Assembly: GCA_038727515.1 (NCBI GenBank)
Contig: JAVYVS010000002.1
Span: 32,001 to 96,000 of the forward strand
DNA: 64,000 nucleotides
Source of the DNA: Candidatus Methanomethylicia archaeon
GTDB lineage: Archaea; Thermoproteota; Methanomethylicia; Culexarchaeales; Culexarchaeaceae
Direction: 5' to 3'
Shown: positions 52,926-61,651 of the stretch, in pieces
How positions within the stretch are numbered: the first letter of the stretch is position 1
Layout of the letters: each line of letters opens with the position of its first letter
Program-made: the position numbers and the translations under genes
The notes under the pieces: model-generated
Database searches by the model: none
What the model was told of the DNA's origin: nothing
Seen by the model: the letters and a program-made list of their open reading frames with translations, nothing else

Positions 52926-53652
52926 ACTTGTAATTTGGTTTTAGATCCCAATACCAAAACTTCTTATTAATGAAAATCCTTTTTGCATTGATTTCTATCA
53001 ACTTTGATTTAAAATTCAACAATATTCTTTCTAGGAAACTATTTTTATCATACAATACTATTGCTTCCTCAGTTAAATCTAAGAATAATAGTGGTAGTTT
53101 TTCAGCTTCAACTTTACGTAATGGGTAGAAACTCAATCCAGTATATATCCCATTCTTCCTAAGCCAATTCAATTCATCCCTTAATTTTTCTTCAATTTTA
53201 ATTAGGCTATCTATTCTAGAGGCTATTGTACCATGAAAATCATCTGAAATCAATAATATATCCACATCACTAGTGTTAGAGGTAGTACCCCTAGCCACTG
53301 AACCATAAATTGCAAAAGATTCTAAACAAATATTCTCCATGATTAATCTTAAACAATCCAATATCAACTTTAAATATGCTTCTTGCTTCACTTTATCAAA
53401 ATTCTTTACCATACCTGAAGCTATGAAAATCATGTTTTCAGGATCAATCAATCTATAAATTCTAGGCCTACTTTTCTTAAACACCAATATAAGCCTTTTA
53501 GAATGAAGCATGCTAAAAACTACTGAAAGCTTATTATCATCAAATAACAACACATTCTTAGCATCATTAAAAGTAAACAAACCTAGTTTAAACTTCATAT
53601 ATAGTTTAGAGTAACATTCACCAAGCCATTTTGGGATCCACAAAGTTATCAT
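52900..53652 (-). CDS. Minimal nucleotidyltransferase with N-terminal extra (winged-helix-like) domain
   Basis: GS-x10-DxD motif (YGSVARGTTSNTSDVD) and C-terminal WYWDLKP; overlaps the HEPN gene. Confidence 0.87.
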   Translation of the reverse strand: MITLWIPKWLGECYSKLYMKFKLGLFTFNDAKNVLLFDDNKLSVVFSMLHSKRLILVFKKSRPRIYRLIDPENMIFIASGMVKNFDKVKQEAYLKLILDCLRLIMENICLESFAIYGSVARGTTSNTSDVDILLISDDFHGTIASRIDSLIKIEEKLRDELNWLRKNGIYTGLSFYPLRKVEAEKLPLLFLDLTEEAIVLYDKNSFLERILLNFKSKLIEINAKRIFINKKFWYWDLKPNYKFGEKIEID

Positions 53653-53808
53653 GGGAATATTAACCTTAACTATTTATTAATGTTTTTCTCATCTCTAAAG
53701 TTTTGTAGAAATCAATCTTAAGCATCATTCTTCACGAGTCTTAAACTTCGCTCTAAGGTTAGATTGTTTTAGAAAACTATTATATTTAATGTAGCCTCTA
53801 AATTTATT

Positions 53809-54150
53809 GTGTCTTCAGAGGATAGATCTTTAGGGTTTGCTCCAATTTTTTGGGGTACTTTAGGATTGTTTATGTTTGTTAATGGTATTCAAAATAATGA
53901 TATTGTTTCAACTTCTCTGGGTTTATCCCTAATCTTTACATGTATTTTATTAGCCGCATCTAGATATGTCACAAATATTAAATTGAGTAAAATTTTAGAG
54001 TATTCTTCTATTATAGGGTCTTTGGGGATAATTCTCCACGGTTATATTATAACTGAAAACATGTTTCTATTATTCATAGCCTTAACAATAATTATCGTAA
54101 TAATTTGTAGAATAGTGTATTTAAAAATGATAAAGAAAATTGGTGGATAA
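53809..54150 (+). CDS. Hypothetical membrane protein (about 4 TM)
   Basis: 113-aa hydrophobic ORF filling an intergenic gap. Confidence 0.6.
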   Translation: MSSEDRSLGFAPIFWGTLGLFMFVNGIQNNDIVSTSLGLSLIFTCILLAASRYVTNIKLSKILEYSSIIGSLGIILHGYIITENMFLLFIALTIIIVIICRIVYLKMIKKIGG

Positions 54151-54162
54151 GTTTGACACTAA

Positions 54163-54699
54163 CTACCAGCGATTATATTTAACTATTTCCTCTAGAGGTT
54201 TTCTATCGGTTACTGGATCCTTCTTTTCAGCTGGATATCCCAGTGTTATCATAGTCACAACACGAACATCATCGGGTATTCCTAAAACCTTTTTAATATC
54301 ATTTTCATCATGGAATACTCCTATCCAACATGTTCCAAGACCCAATTCCCATGCAGCTAAAACTAAGTTCTGTAATGCTATAGATACATCAATCTTCCAG
54401 AAATCTGTTCCAGGGAAGCTTTCGCTGGGAACAGCACATCCAACAATAACTATAGGTGCTGTAGCAAGCGGACCTCTATAAGGTCTCCTAGCAGATGGCA
54501 TCATCCTTTCTTTAATCATTTTTAGTTCCTCTATAATCTTCCTATCATTTACAACGATAAACCTCCAAGGTTGTCTATTACCTGCTGAAGGTGCAAGTCT
54601 AGCTGCTTCTAAAACCTTCTTCAATTTCTCTTCTTCAACAGGTTTATCCTCATAAACCCTTATACTACGTCTCGTTCTAATAGCTTCAAAAACATCCAT
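54163..54699 (-). CDS. Nitroreductase family protein
   Basis: RRSIR, APSAGNRQPW, LGLGTCWIG and LGYP. Confidence 0.93.
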   Translation of the reverse strand: MDVFEAIRTRRSIRVYEDKPVEEEKLKKVLEAARLAPSAGNRQPWRFIVVNDRKIIEELKMIKERMMPSARRPYRGPLATAPIVIVGCAVPSESFPGTDFWKIDVSIALQNLVLAAWELGLGTCWIGVFHDENDIKKVLGIPDDVRVVTMITLGYPAEKKDPVTDRKPLEEIVKYNRW

Positions 54700-54832
54700 A
54701 TGAACATCTATGTTAATTAAATTAATAATTATTTTGTTTATTGATGGATTTTAATATATGTGTAGATTCTTTTATCAAAATCGTAGTAATTTTTTACTCG
54801 GTAACTTATGGTTTATTCGGTGAATCGAGTAA

Positions 54833-55033
54833 ATGATGAAAGAACGAGTCGGTTCAAAGGGGAAGTTATTTCTTCCAAAGGAAATTAGGAAAGAGCTTGG
54901 TCTCAATGCTAATACAAAAGTTATATAAGATTGAAGATATATTGATGTAAAATACATTTGTGGAAGAATCATTGAAGAGTTTTAGAGATTTAGGAGAGAA
55001 TTGTCTAAGAGGGTTGAAATATTGAGAAGATAA
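54833..55033 (+). pseudogene. AbrB/MazE/SpoVT-type antitoxin/regulator pseudogene
   Basis: MMKERVGSKGKLFLPKEIRKELGLNANTKVI* followed by the broken C-terminal remnant EEF*RFRRELSKRVE. Confidence 0.7.
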
Positions 55034-55187
55034 AATTTATCAAGAAATAGTGACACCTATAAATCCTAAATTTAAGATACATCGATTAACAGATTTTATG
55101 GTGGTAGATAGCTTTACCTATTTACGAGATTTGTTAATTGAATTTTAAATCCTCATGCTTATATATGATAACAGTTAATAACTATTA

Positions 55188-56225
55188 TTGATGGTATCTG
55201 ATAATTCTGATTTATCTTTACAAAATTTAATTGTAAAAGCTTTATTAAAGCCTGAAGTCTATAATGAAAAAGTAAAAAAGGTAAAACTTATTCAAACCTA
55301 TCATTCTTTTGTTTTTCTTGCTGGAGATTTTGCTTATAAGATTAAGAAGGCTGTAAAATTCCCCTATTTTGATTTTTCCACATTAGATAAGAGGAAGGAG
55401 GATTTAGAGAAGGAATTGAGATTAAATAAGCGTTTGGCATCAGACCTTTATCTTGGGATAGTTCCTATAACTATGGAAGATGAAGAGATTAAAATTTGTG
55501 GTAAGGGTAGAATTATTGAGTATGCTTTAAAGATGAAGCGAATACCTGAAAGATATTTAATGTCAAAACTTTTGGAAGAGAATAAAGTGGGTAATGAAGC
55601 TATTGAAAATATTGCTAAAATTATTGCTGATTTCCATTCTAAAGCTGAAAGTAATGAGGAAATAAGTAAATATGGTTCAATTGAAGTTATAAAGTATAAT
55701 TGGAATGAGAATTTTGAGCAAACTAGAGAATTTATAAACATTACAATTTCTGAAAATCAATTTAACTTCATAAAGAAGATTATTGATGACTTTATATACA
55801 AAAATAAAAGTCTTTTTGAGAAGAGGATGAAAGAGGGAATGATTAAAGACTGCCATGGAGACCTATATTCCGAAAGCATCTTTATAACTCCAAATAAAAT
55901 CTACATTTTCGATTGTTTAGAGTTTATAGATAGATTTAGATTTTCTGATACTGTAAGTGAAGTAGCATTTCTAGCCATGGATTTAGATTTTCATGATAGA
56001 AGTGATCTCAGTGATCTTTTTATTGAAAAATATATTGAATTTTCAAAGGATGTAGAACTCCTCAAACTATTGCAATTCTATAAATGTTATAGAGCCTATG
56101 TTAGAGGGAAAGTTGAAAGTTTCAAACTAAAAGATCCAAATATTGGTAAAAGGGATAAGAATATCGCTGTAAAAAATGCTAGAAAATACTTCAACCTATC
56201 CTTTAATTACGCCAAGCAACTTTAA
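55188..56225 (+). CDS. Aminoglycoside-phosphotransferase-like kinase (N-terminal half of the Rv2004c-type protein)
   Basis: IQT.HS.VFL.G..AYKIKK, DFSTL..R, ELRLN, CHGDL, FDCLEF, AFLAMDL and YRAYVRGKV. Confidence 0.87.
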   Translation: MMVSDNSDLSLQNLIVKALLKPEVYNEKVKKVKLIQTYHSFVFLAGDFAYKIKKAVKFPYFDFSTLDKRKEDLEKELRLNKRLASDLYLGIVPITMEDEEIKICGKGRIIEYALKMKRIPERYLMSKLLEENKVGNEAIENIAKIIADFHSKAESNEEISKYGSIEVIKYNWNENFEQTREFINITISENQFNFIKKIIDDFIYKNKSLFEKRMKEGMIKDCHGDLYSESIFITPNKIYIFDCLEFIDRFRFSDTVSEVAFLAMDLDFHDRSDLSDLFIEKYIEFSKDVELLKLLQFYKCYRAYVRGKVESFKLKDPNIGKRDKNIAVKNARKYFNLSFNYAKQL

Positions 56226-56726
56226 TTTCTCAATTAAAATATCTGCTGCCTCCACAGATCCTCTAGTTGTATCTATAATTATATGATCCTGCATTATAGG
56301 TTCAAATTCTCTTTTCAATTTTAAATAAACTTCCCAATCTGCATCCGAAGAAAATCTCTTATCCCCCTTTAATCTTTCTTTAACAACCTCTTCATCACAA
56401 ATACATTCAATAAAGTATATAGGAACATTATTTCTCTCAGCCAATTCAACAACCTTCCTCCTCCTCTCCTCCTTATTAAAAGTAGCATCAAGAATACATG
56501 GAACACCCTGCTTCACCAAATACTCTGCTACAATAAACATTACCCTATAAACCAATTCCCTCTCATCCTCTGAATAAGTTGGTTTCTCAATCAACTTCTT
56601 CCTTATTTCATCAGTCCTTAAAACTGGTGCTCTAATTTTCTCTGATAAGATATCTGCTATAGTACTCTTACCAGTTCCAGGCAAACCAGAAATAACTATC
56701 AACATACACACTATGTAATAATCCAC
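56196..56726 (-). CDS. AAA_33 P-loop kinase (C-terminal half of the Rv2004c-type protein)
   Basis: GLPGTGKST, RTDEIRK, ILDATF and SDA..VY; likely start at the second Met (MLIVISG). Confidence 0.87.
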   Translation of the reverse strand: MDYYIVCMLIVISGLPGTGKSTIADILSEKIRAPVLRTDEIRKKLIEKPTYSEDERELVYRVMFIVAEYLVKQGVPCILDATFNKEERRRKVVELAERNNVPIYFIECICDEEVVKERLKGDKRFSSDADWEVYLKLKREFEPIMQDHIIIDTTRGSVEAADILIEKLKLLGVIKG

Positions 56727-56868
56727 TATCGAAAATAAATAGGTATAGGATTCTACAACTTCATAACTTGATTTGTAAAATTTTCATTTAGTAGAAATTC
56801 GTATTTTCTTTCAGGTTTTGAGGTAAGAATTTTAATTAAGTTATATTTATTTTATTATAATATTTTGA

Positions 56869-57780
56869 ATGATACCCTTAGCATTCGAAGAAATGCTAAG
56901 TCCTGAGCTTGAGAAGGAGTTGTTGAAGATATATGTAGGTCAGAACATTAGGATAGATGCTAGGTTTGGTAAAAGACGGGGGATTTTAAGTAAAGATGTA
57001 AATCAAATATTGGCTCGTAGACTTCTGCTTATGGGATTTATCAAAGAAGATACTTGGTATCGTCTTACATTATATCAAACGACAACAGAAGGTGAAGCGT
57101 ACATAAAACCGATTATTAAGCTTATATGCACTACATTTAATGACGCTGTTAATAAAGCGGTTGAACATCATGGTATTCCTCCAAGAATAATTGGATTCGT
57201 AGTTCATTATTACCTTTTACCTTCATTAAAATTTCCTGCTATTCAACCATCAGAAACAACGGCTGAATTATATGCATTGGATAGAATACTTAGAGATTAT
57301 GAAGTTTGGGAATACTGCTCTAAGTTCATGCAGATCTTGGAAGAAATGAACCTATGTGTTAAAGCACATTTCTATGTTTCCTCACATGGAGGTAAAGAAG
57401 ACGAACCTTACTATGTAATAAGCTTTGAATTACAAGAGTATTTAGAGAATAGCCAGATCCCCCCACCATTTACTGTGGAAGAAGAGAAAGAATTGAAAAT
57501 ATATGAAGTACTAATTCGCACCATTAGGTTATTCTCAGGTCCAGTCAATACATATGTTGGCTACTCGCTTAGAACGTATCTAAAGTTACTTGAAGAGTAT
57601 AGAATTACAGAGGATGATGTGAAATCAATCATCGATAAAGCTAGTGCAAAAGGGCTTACAAGCAAATATGAAGTGTTACCAAATAGAAATCCCTTTATAA
57701 TTCATGATATACATAGGTTTAGCTTCTATATTTACAAGGAGTTAATAGAGCCGAAGATAGAATACCTTTTAGAATTTTAA
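56869..57780 (+). CDS. Hypothetical protein
   Basis: 303-aa ORF with no recognised family. Confidence 0.65.
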   Translation: MIPLAFEEMLSPELEKELLKIYVGQNIRIDARFGKRRGILSKDVNQILARRLLLMGFIKEDTWYRLTLYQTTTEGEAYIKPIIKLICTTFNDAVNKAVEHHGIPPRIIGFVVHYYLLPSLKFPAIQPSETTAELYALDRILRDYEVWEYCSKFMQILEEMNLCVKAHFYVSSHGGKEDEPYYVISFELQEYLENSQIPPPFTVEEEKELKIYEVLIRTIRLFSGPVNTYVGYSLRTYLKLLEEYRITEDDVKSIIDKASAKGLTSKYEVLPNRNPFIIHDIHRFSFYIYKELIEPKIEYLLEF

Positions 57781-58029
57781 CAAATACCGGTATTTAAATG
57801 GATAAAAATACATTAAAATTCATCATAAAAGGGATTTTTCAGTATTTATCTATATCTTCTAAAAGTAGCTCATCACACAGTTTTCCCTAATCTTTTCATT
57901 TAGTTTTCTATTTTCCTTCTAGTTTCCATGACATTTTTACTCTAAAAAGTTTAATCTCAGCCTTAACCTAGCCATGGACTAGCGAGGTGTGGACATTAAC
58001 TTATTTAAAGATCTGAATATGGGAGGTAG

Positions 58030-58104
58030 CGGGCCCGCCGGGATTTGAACCCGGGGCCTCTGGCTCCGGAGGCCAACGCTCTATCCAAACTGAGCTACGG
58101 GCCC
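58030..58104 (-). tRNA. tRNA-Arg(CCG), intronless, CCA not encoded
   Basis: Reverse complement reads GGGCCCGTAGCTCAGTTTGGATAGAGCGTTGGC-CTCCGGA-GCCAGAGGCCCCGGGTTCAAATCCCGGCGGGCCCG. Confidence 0.96.
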
Positions 58105-58122
58105 GATTTTTCCTATCCGAAC
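58081..58122. repeat. Left attachment site: CTATCCAAACTGAGCTACGGGCCC + GATTTTTCCTATCC + GAAC
   Basis: 58081-58104 matches 61670-61693; 58105-58118 equals 61662-61675; 58111-58122 is the reverse complement of 61652-61663. Confidence 0.85.
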
Positions 58123-58153
58123 ATTTATATATCTCTTCCTCCCCTTTTTCTTG

Positions 58154-59390
58154 ATGCGTCTTGGAGAAGTTTAGTTATAGACACGCATTTTCTAAAAGAG
58201 CTCTGAGGCTTACGCAGAAGTTAGGGCTTGATTTGATGAGCTTAAGGTTTTGAGAAGTGGAAGAACAGCCCACGACTATCTGGATATGCTTGCTGGTTTT
58301 GTTGAAAGCTCTGGAAAATCCCCTAAAGATTTAGTTGGGCTATCTTCCAGTGAAGCATATGATGTTTTGAGGAAATGGGATTTATCTGAACTTCGCAAAT
58401 GTTCCTACACTACTGGAAGACTTTATGTTTTATGGAATGCTGTCAAAAACTTCTTGAAATTTCATGGAATTGAGGTGAAAAATAAACCGCCTTTCAAGAA
58501 GACTGTGAAATACTTGGACAAGATTCCAACGAAGGAAGAGTTAAGGCAAATATTAAATGCAGCTTCAAGCCTTTCAACCAAAATTGCCATTGAGCTGATG
58601 CGTTATGGAGGATTAAGACCAAAGGACATATGTGATTTAACCTACTCAAGCATAAAAAACGATTTTGAGGGGGGAAGTCCATTTGCAGTGTTTGTTCCAC
58701 AGGCAAAAAGTGACAGCGTTTACGTCACTTTTATTCCGGAGACAACTGTTGGGCTGATTCGCCAATATTTTAGGTTTAGGGAAAGTAAGGGAGAGAAAAT
58801 AATTGATAAAAGCCCTATAATAGCAAACCCGAGGTATCCAAGCAAAGGGATTAGGAGAAAAACGTTAACAGCCAAAATAGAAAAGGTGATTGCTAAGAGC
58901 GGAATTCAATCGCAGTTAACCTTTGGAAACAAAATTCAGAGAATTAGGCCCTACAGTTTAAGAAAGTATTTTTAGGAGCAATTTAACTGGGCATGCCCCA
59001 AACGAGTATATTGAGGCTTGGCCACACCTCCGGCTTAGAGCATGTATACAGCGGGACAAGGGATCTGGACCCTTCCACAATTGAAAGGATGCGTGAGGTT
59101 TACAAGAGATGTGAACCTTCCCTTTTAGCCACAGCCCAACCGCTAGATCAAAATTCCTTGGTTACAGAAGCAAAAATAGAAGCCTTGAAAAGCATAGCAA
59201 AAAGCCTCCTATGAATAGACCTGCTCGATGTTAAAGTTGCAAAAGAAAGGCAGATTGGAAGAGAGTTAAGCAAGGACGAAGAACTCTAGCTTTACGAGAA
59301 AGAGCTGAAAAAACTAAGAGAGGGAAAACATAACCCCCAAAGGATAATACATGAAAGAGAGCTTGAAAAATACATTTCCCAAGAAGACAT
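58154..59390 (+). pseudogene. Tyrosine recombinase/integrase pseudogene
   Basis: The 58250-58975 fragment has GLRPKDI and IRPYSLRKYF. Frameshifts then lead to (L)GHTSGLEHVY (catalytic Tyr region) in 58993-59214. In-frame TGA/TAG stops occur upstream and downstream. Ends are approximate. Confidence 0.85.
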
Positions 59391-59432
59391 AAAGAAGGTT
59401 AAAGAACTGATTATAAAGGCGATCATGGAGAA

Positions 59433-60014
59433 ATGAGCGAAAATTTTGAGGAACTCTTATTTGCGGACATTCTTGTCAGAAAAATTGAAATTAAGGAGAT
59501 TTCGCCTTGCACCGCCGACCCGGAAAGGATTAAGTTTTTGGCGCAGGCTGACAAGCTCCTAGAAGATGTTTTGCCGATTCTCTATTTGGCTATTCCAAAC
59601 GCCAAATACTCCGAAAAGCTCGGCGCATTAAGCTACGTGTACCAGCAACACCTGATAACCATTTTCGCTAATGGCAGAATCAGCATGACCTACGTCAAAG
59701 ATAGAAACGAGGCAAACCAACTCGTCGAAGAGGCTAGGCAACTAATAAACCGCGCCATCATATACCTGAAAACCCATGGAAAGCCAAGCCCCGAAATGAT
59801 TCATGCCAAAAAAGAATTAACACCAGTAAAGATTTACGAGTTGTTGCCGAAAACGAACTGCAAAATGTGCGGGGAGCAAAGCTGCTTCGCTTTTGCAGCC
59901 AAACTTCTAAACGGAGAAAAAACATTGCAGGACTGTCCACCATTGGAGTCTAAGGAGTACGAAGCCTTCAAGTTTCAAATAGAGAGGATGATGAATCCAA
60001 TTAGGCTGAAGTAG
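59433..60014 (+). CDS. Fe-S-binding protein with C-terminal CdhE/RnfB-type 4-Cys domain
   Basis: N-terminal SPCTADP domain; C-terminal LPKTNCKMCGEQSCFAFA...CPPL. Confidence 0.85.
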   Translation: MSENFEELLFADILVRKIEIKEISPCTADPERIKFLAQADKLLEDVLPILYLAIPNAKYSEKLGALSYVYQQHLITIFANGRISMTYVKDRNEANQLVEEARQLINRAIIYLKTHGKPSPEMIHAKKELTPVKIYELLPKTNCKMCGEQSCFAFAAKLLNGEKTLQDCPPLESKEYEAFKFQIERMMNPIRLK

Positions 60015-60029
60015 AAGCTTTTAAGAAAC

Positions 60030-60047
60030 ATATTTAAATATTTTAAT
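60030..60047. promoter_or_regulatory. Putative ArsR operator upstream of arsR
   Basis: ATATTTAAATATTTTAAT is 16/18 identical to 61155-61172 and is an imperfect 7-2-7 inverted repeat. Confidence 0.55.
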
Positions 60048-60061
60048 CTCACTATTTATGC

Positions 60062-60448
60062 TTGGTAAACAAAATGCTTGAATCTAAAATTGATAAAAGG
60101 CTTATGAGGTTGATAAGTTCCGGACGTTGTCCTCATGAAGATCCGCAGAGATACGTTGCTGAGCTAAGACATCTTGCGGATGATGTGGCGAGGGTTGATG
60201 AGGCTGAGGAGCGATGCAAATTTTTTAAGGCTTTGGCGGACACGACGAGGCTTAGGATTTTGAAGCTTTTGGGCGTTAGGGAAATGTGTGTTTGCGAGGT
60301 TATGATAGCCCTTGATTTAACCCAGCCAACAGCTTCGCATCACTTAAAAATACTGGAAAACGCTGGGCTAGTTAAAGGCAGAAAAAAGGGAAGATGGGTA
60401 TACTACAGCGTTAAGAATCCAAAGATAATTGAAAGTATGTTTCAGTAA
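60062..60448 (+). CDS. arsR: ArsR/SmtB family metalloregulator with alpha3 CVC motif
   Basis: FFKALADTTRLRIL, EMCVCEV, SHHLKILENAGLV and GRWVYYS. Confidence 0.92.
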   Translation: MVNKMLESKIDKRLMRLISSGRCPHEDPQRYVAELRHLADDVARVDEAEERCKFFKALADTTRLRILKLLGVREMCVCEVMIALDLTQPTASHHLKILENAGLVKGRKKGRWVYYSVKNPKIIESMFQ

Positions 60449-60461
60449 GACTTTGCAAGCC

Positions 60462-60746
60462 TTAACGGTAACCGTATTTCTCTCGCAATTCTCTAAGCAT
60501 CTGCTTAAGTTCCTGCCTTGAAGGGAAGCTTATGGCTCCCACTGGGCACCGCGGTCTACATGACTCGCATCCTACTAGACAATTGTAAGGTCTTGCAACA
60601 ACTACCTTGTCGCCCTGCTTTTCGTAAACATGTTCATGGCAGAATTCCACACAGATTCCGCAACCAATGCAAAGCTCATGATTAATTGTTGGAAACCATT
60701 TAATCTCCTTTCGCGGTATCCCTAAATACGTTTTCTCCTCGCCCAT
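60462..60746 (-). CDS. 2x[4Fe-4S] ferredoxin
   Basis: WFPTINHELCIGCGICVEFC...CLVGCESCRPRCP; likely start is ATG 60746. Confidence 0.9.
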   Translation of the reverse strand: MGEEKTYLGIPRKEIKWFPTINHELCIGCGICVEFCHEHVYEKQGDKVVVARPYNCLVGCESCRPRCPVGAISFPSRQELKQMLRELREKYGYR

Positions 60747-60747
60747 C

Positions 60748-61128
60748 TTACGCGCCAACCACCTTACTTACAGCTTCCTCAACCTTCTTCATGGCCTCTG
60801 CCGTCTCCATATTCCTCAAATCCAGAGAAATTACTTGCTTGTCAAAGTCTAAGCCCTTTTCAGCAAAAGCGTCCTTAAACATTTTCCTCTGCATCCTTGG
60901 GTCGCATCCACCGATAATGTATATTTTGTCTTTATCCGTTTCCTTCAAGTAATCCCTGAGAAAGTTGTCCCCATCCGTGACGCAAAGCTGAGGATGGATT
61001 ATAGCGTATTCTACGTCAAGCTCATTTCTAACAAAGTTTATAAACTTCCACAAATCCAACTTTGCAAATCCGGGACATTCACCAGTACAGAAACACATTA
61101 TAAATCTTGGCAATTTCCTCTCACTCAT
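60748..61128 (-). CDS. Small Cys-rich protein resembling the stand-alone N-terminal domain of HdrA
   Basis: CFCTGEC...HPQLC...GGCDPR...DLRN pattern; ATG 61128 follows AAGGTGA. Confidence 0.7.
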   Translation of the reverse strand: MSERKLPRFIMCFCTGECPGFAKLDLWKFINFVRNELDVEYAIIHPQLCVTDGDNFLRDYLKETDKDKIYIIGGCDPRMQRKMFKDAFAEKGLDFDKQVISLDLRNMETAEAMKKVEEAVSKVVGA

Positions 61129-61154
61129 ATTTTTCACCTTGTTAGTTGAAGATT

Positions 61155-61172
61155 ATATTTAAACATTTAAAT
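61155..61172. promoter_or_regulatory. Putative ArsR operator upstream of the HdrA-like/ferredoxin operon
   Basis: ATATTTAAACATTTAAAT contains the perfect 7-2-7 inverted repeat ATTTAAA-CA-TTTAAAT. Confidence 0.55.
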
Positions 61173-61220
61173 TTATCGTTTTGAAGTTTCCATTTTAAAG
61201 GAAAATTGCGTTAATTTTGA

Positions 61221-61601
61221 CAGCTATTATTAGAAGCCACTCGTGCAGACCTATTTACCACAGACCTGGCCATATATGAAGCCTGTAACAGCCTCTGGAA
61301 GCTTTCAACATTATTGAAATCAATATCCATAGAGGATGCCATAGACACCGCCACCACGATAAAAGACTTAGCCACAAGAGGCGTGATAAAAACAATAAAA
61401 TTCACAAAACTAGACTTTTCCCACACATTTCAAATAGCTTACAAAGAAGGGATAACCTTCTACGACGCCTCATACATAGCAACAGCTAGAAACGCAGAAG
61501 TCACCCTAGTAACAGAAGACGAAAAACTAAAGGAAACAGCAAGAAAATTCATAAAAACAATAACATATTCAGACCTCGAAAACAAACTAACTCAAACCTA
61601 A
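61221..61601 (+). pseudogene. vapC: 5'-truncated VapC/PIN toxin gene
   Basis: Frame is open from 61221 with LAIYEACNSLWK...ITFYDASYIA..LVTEDEKL. The first PIN aspartate strand, a start codon and the antitoxin are all missing. Confidence 0.75.
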
Positions 61602-61651
61602 CAGCCAAAAATGAAAGTGTATCTGAAAACGCGCGAATACCATAGATATAG

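Noticed and set aside
57838-57880. Minus-strand GTGATGA...CTGA resembling a C/D-box sRNA
   Set aside because: It is only ~38 nt, with no internal D'/C' boxes, in AT-rich sequence.
58960-59300. Programmed frameshift or stop readthrough in the integrase
   Set aside because: Several independent frameshifts plus TGA and TAG stops are better explained by decay.
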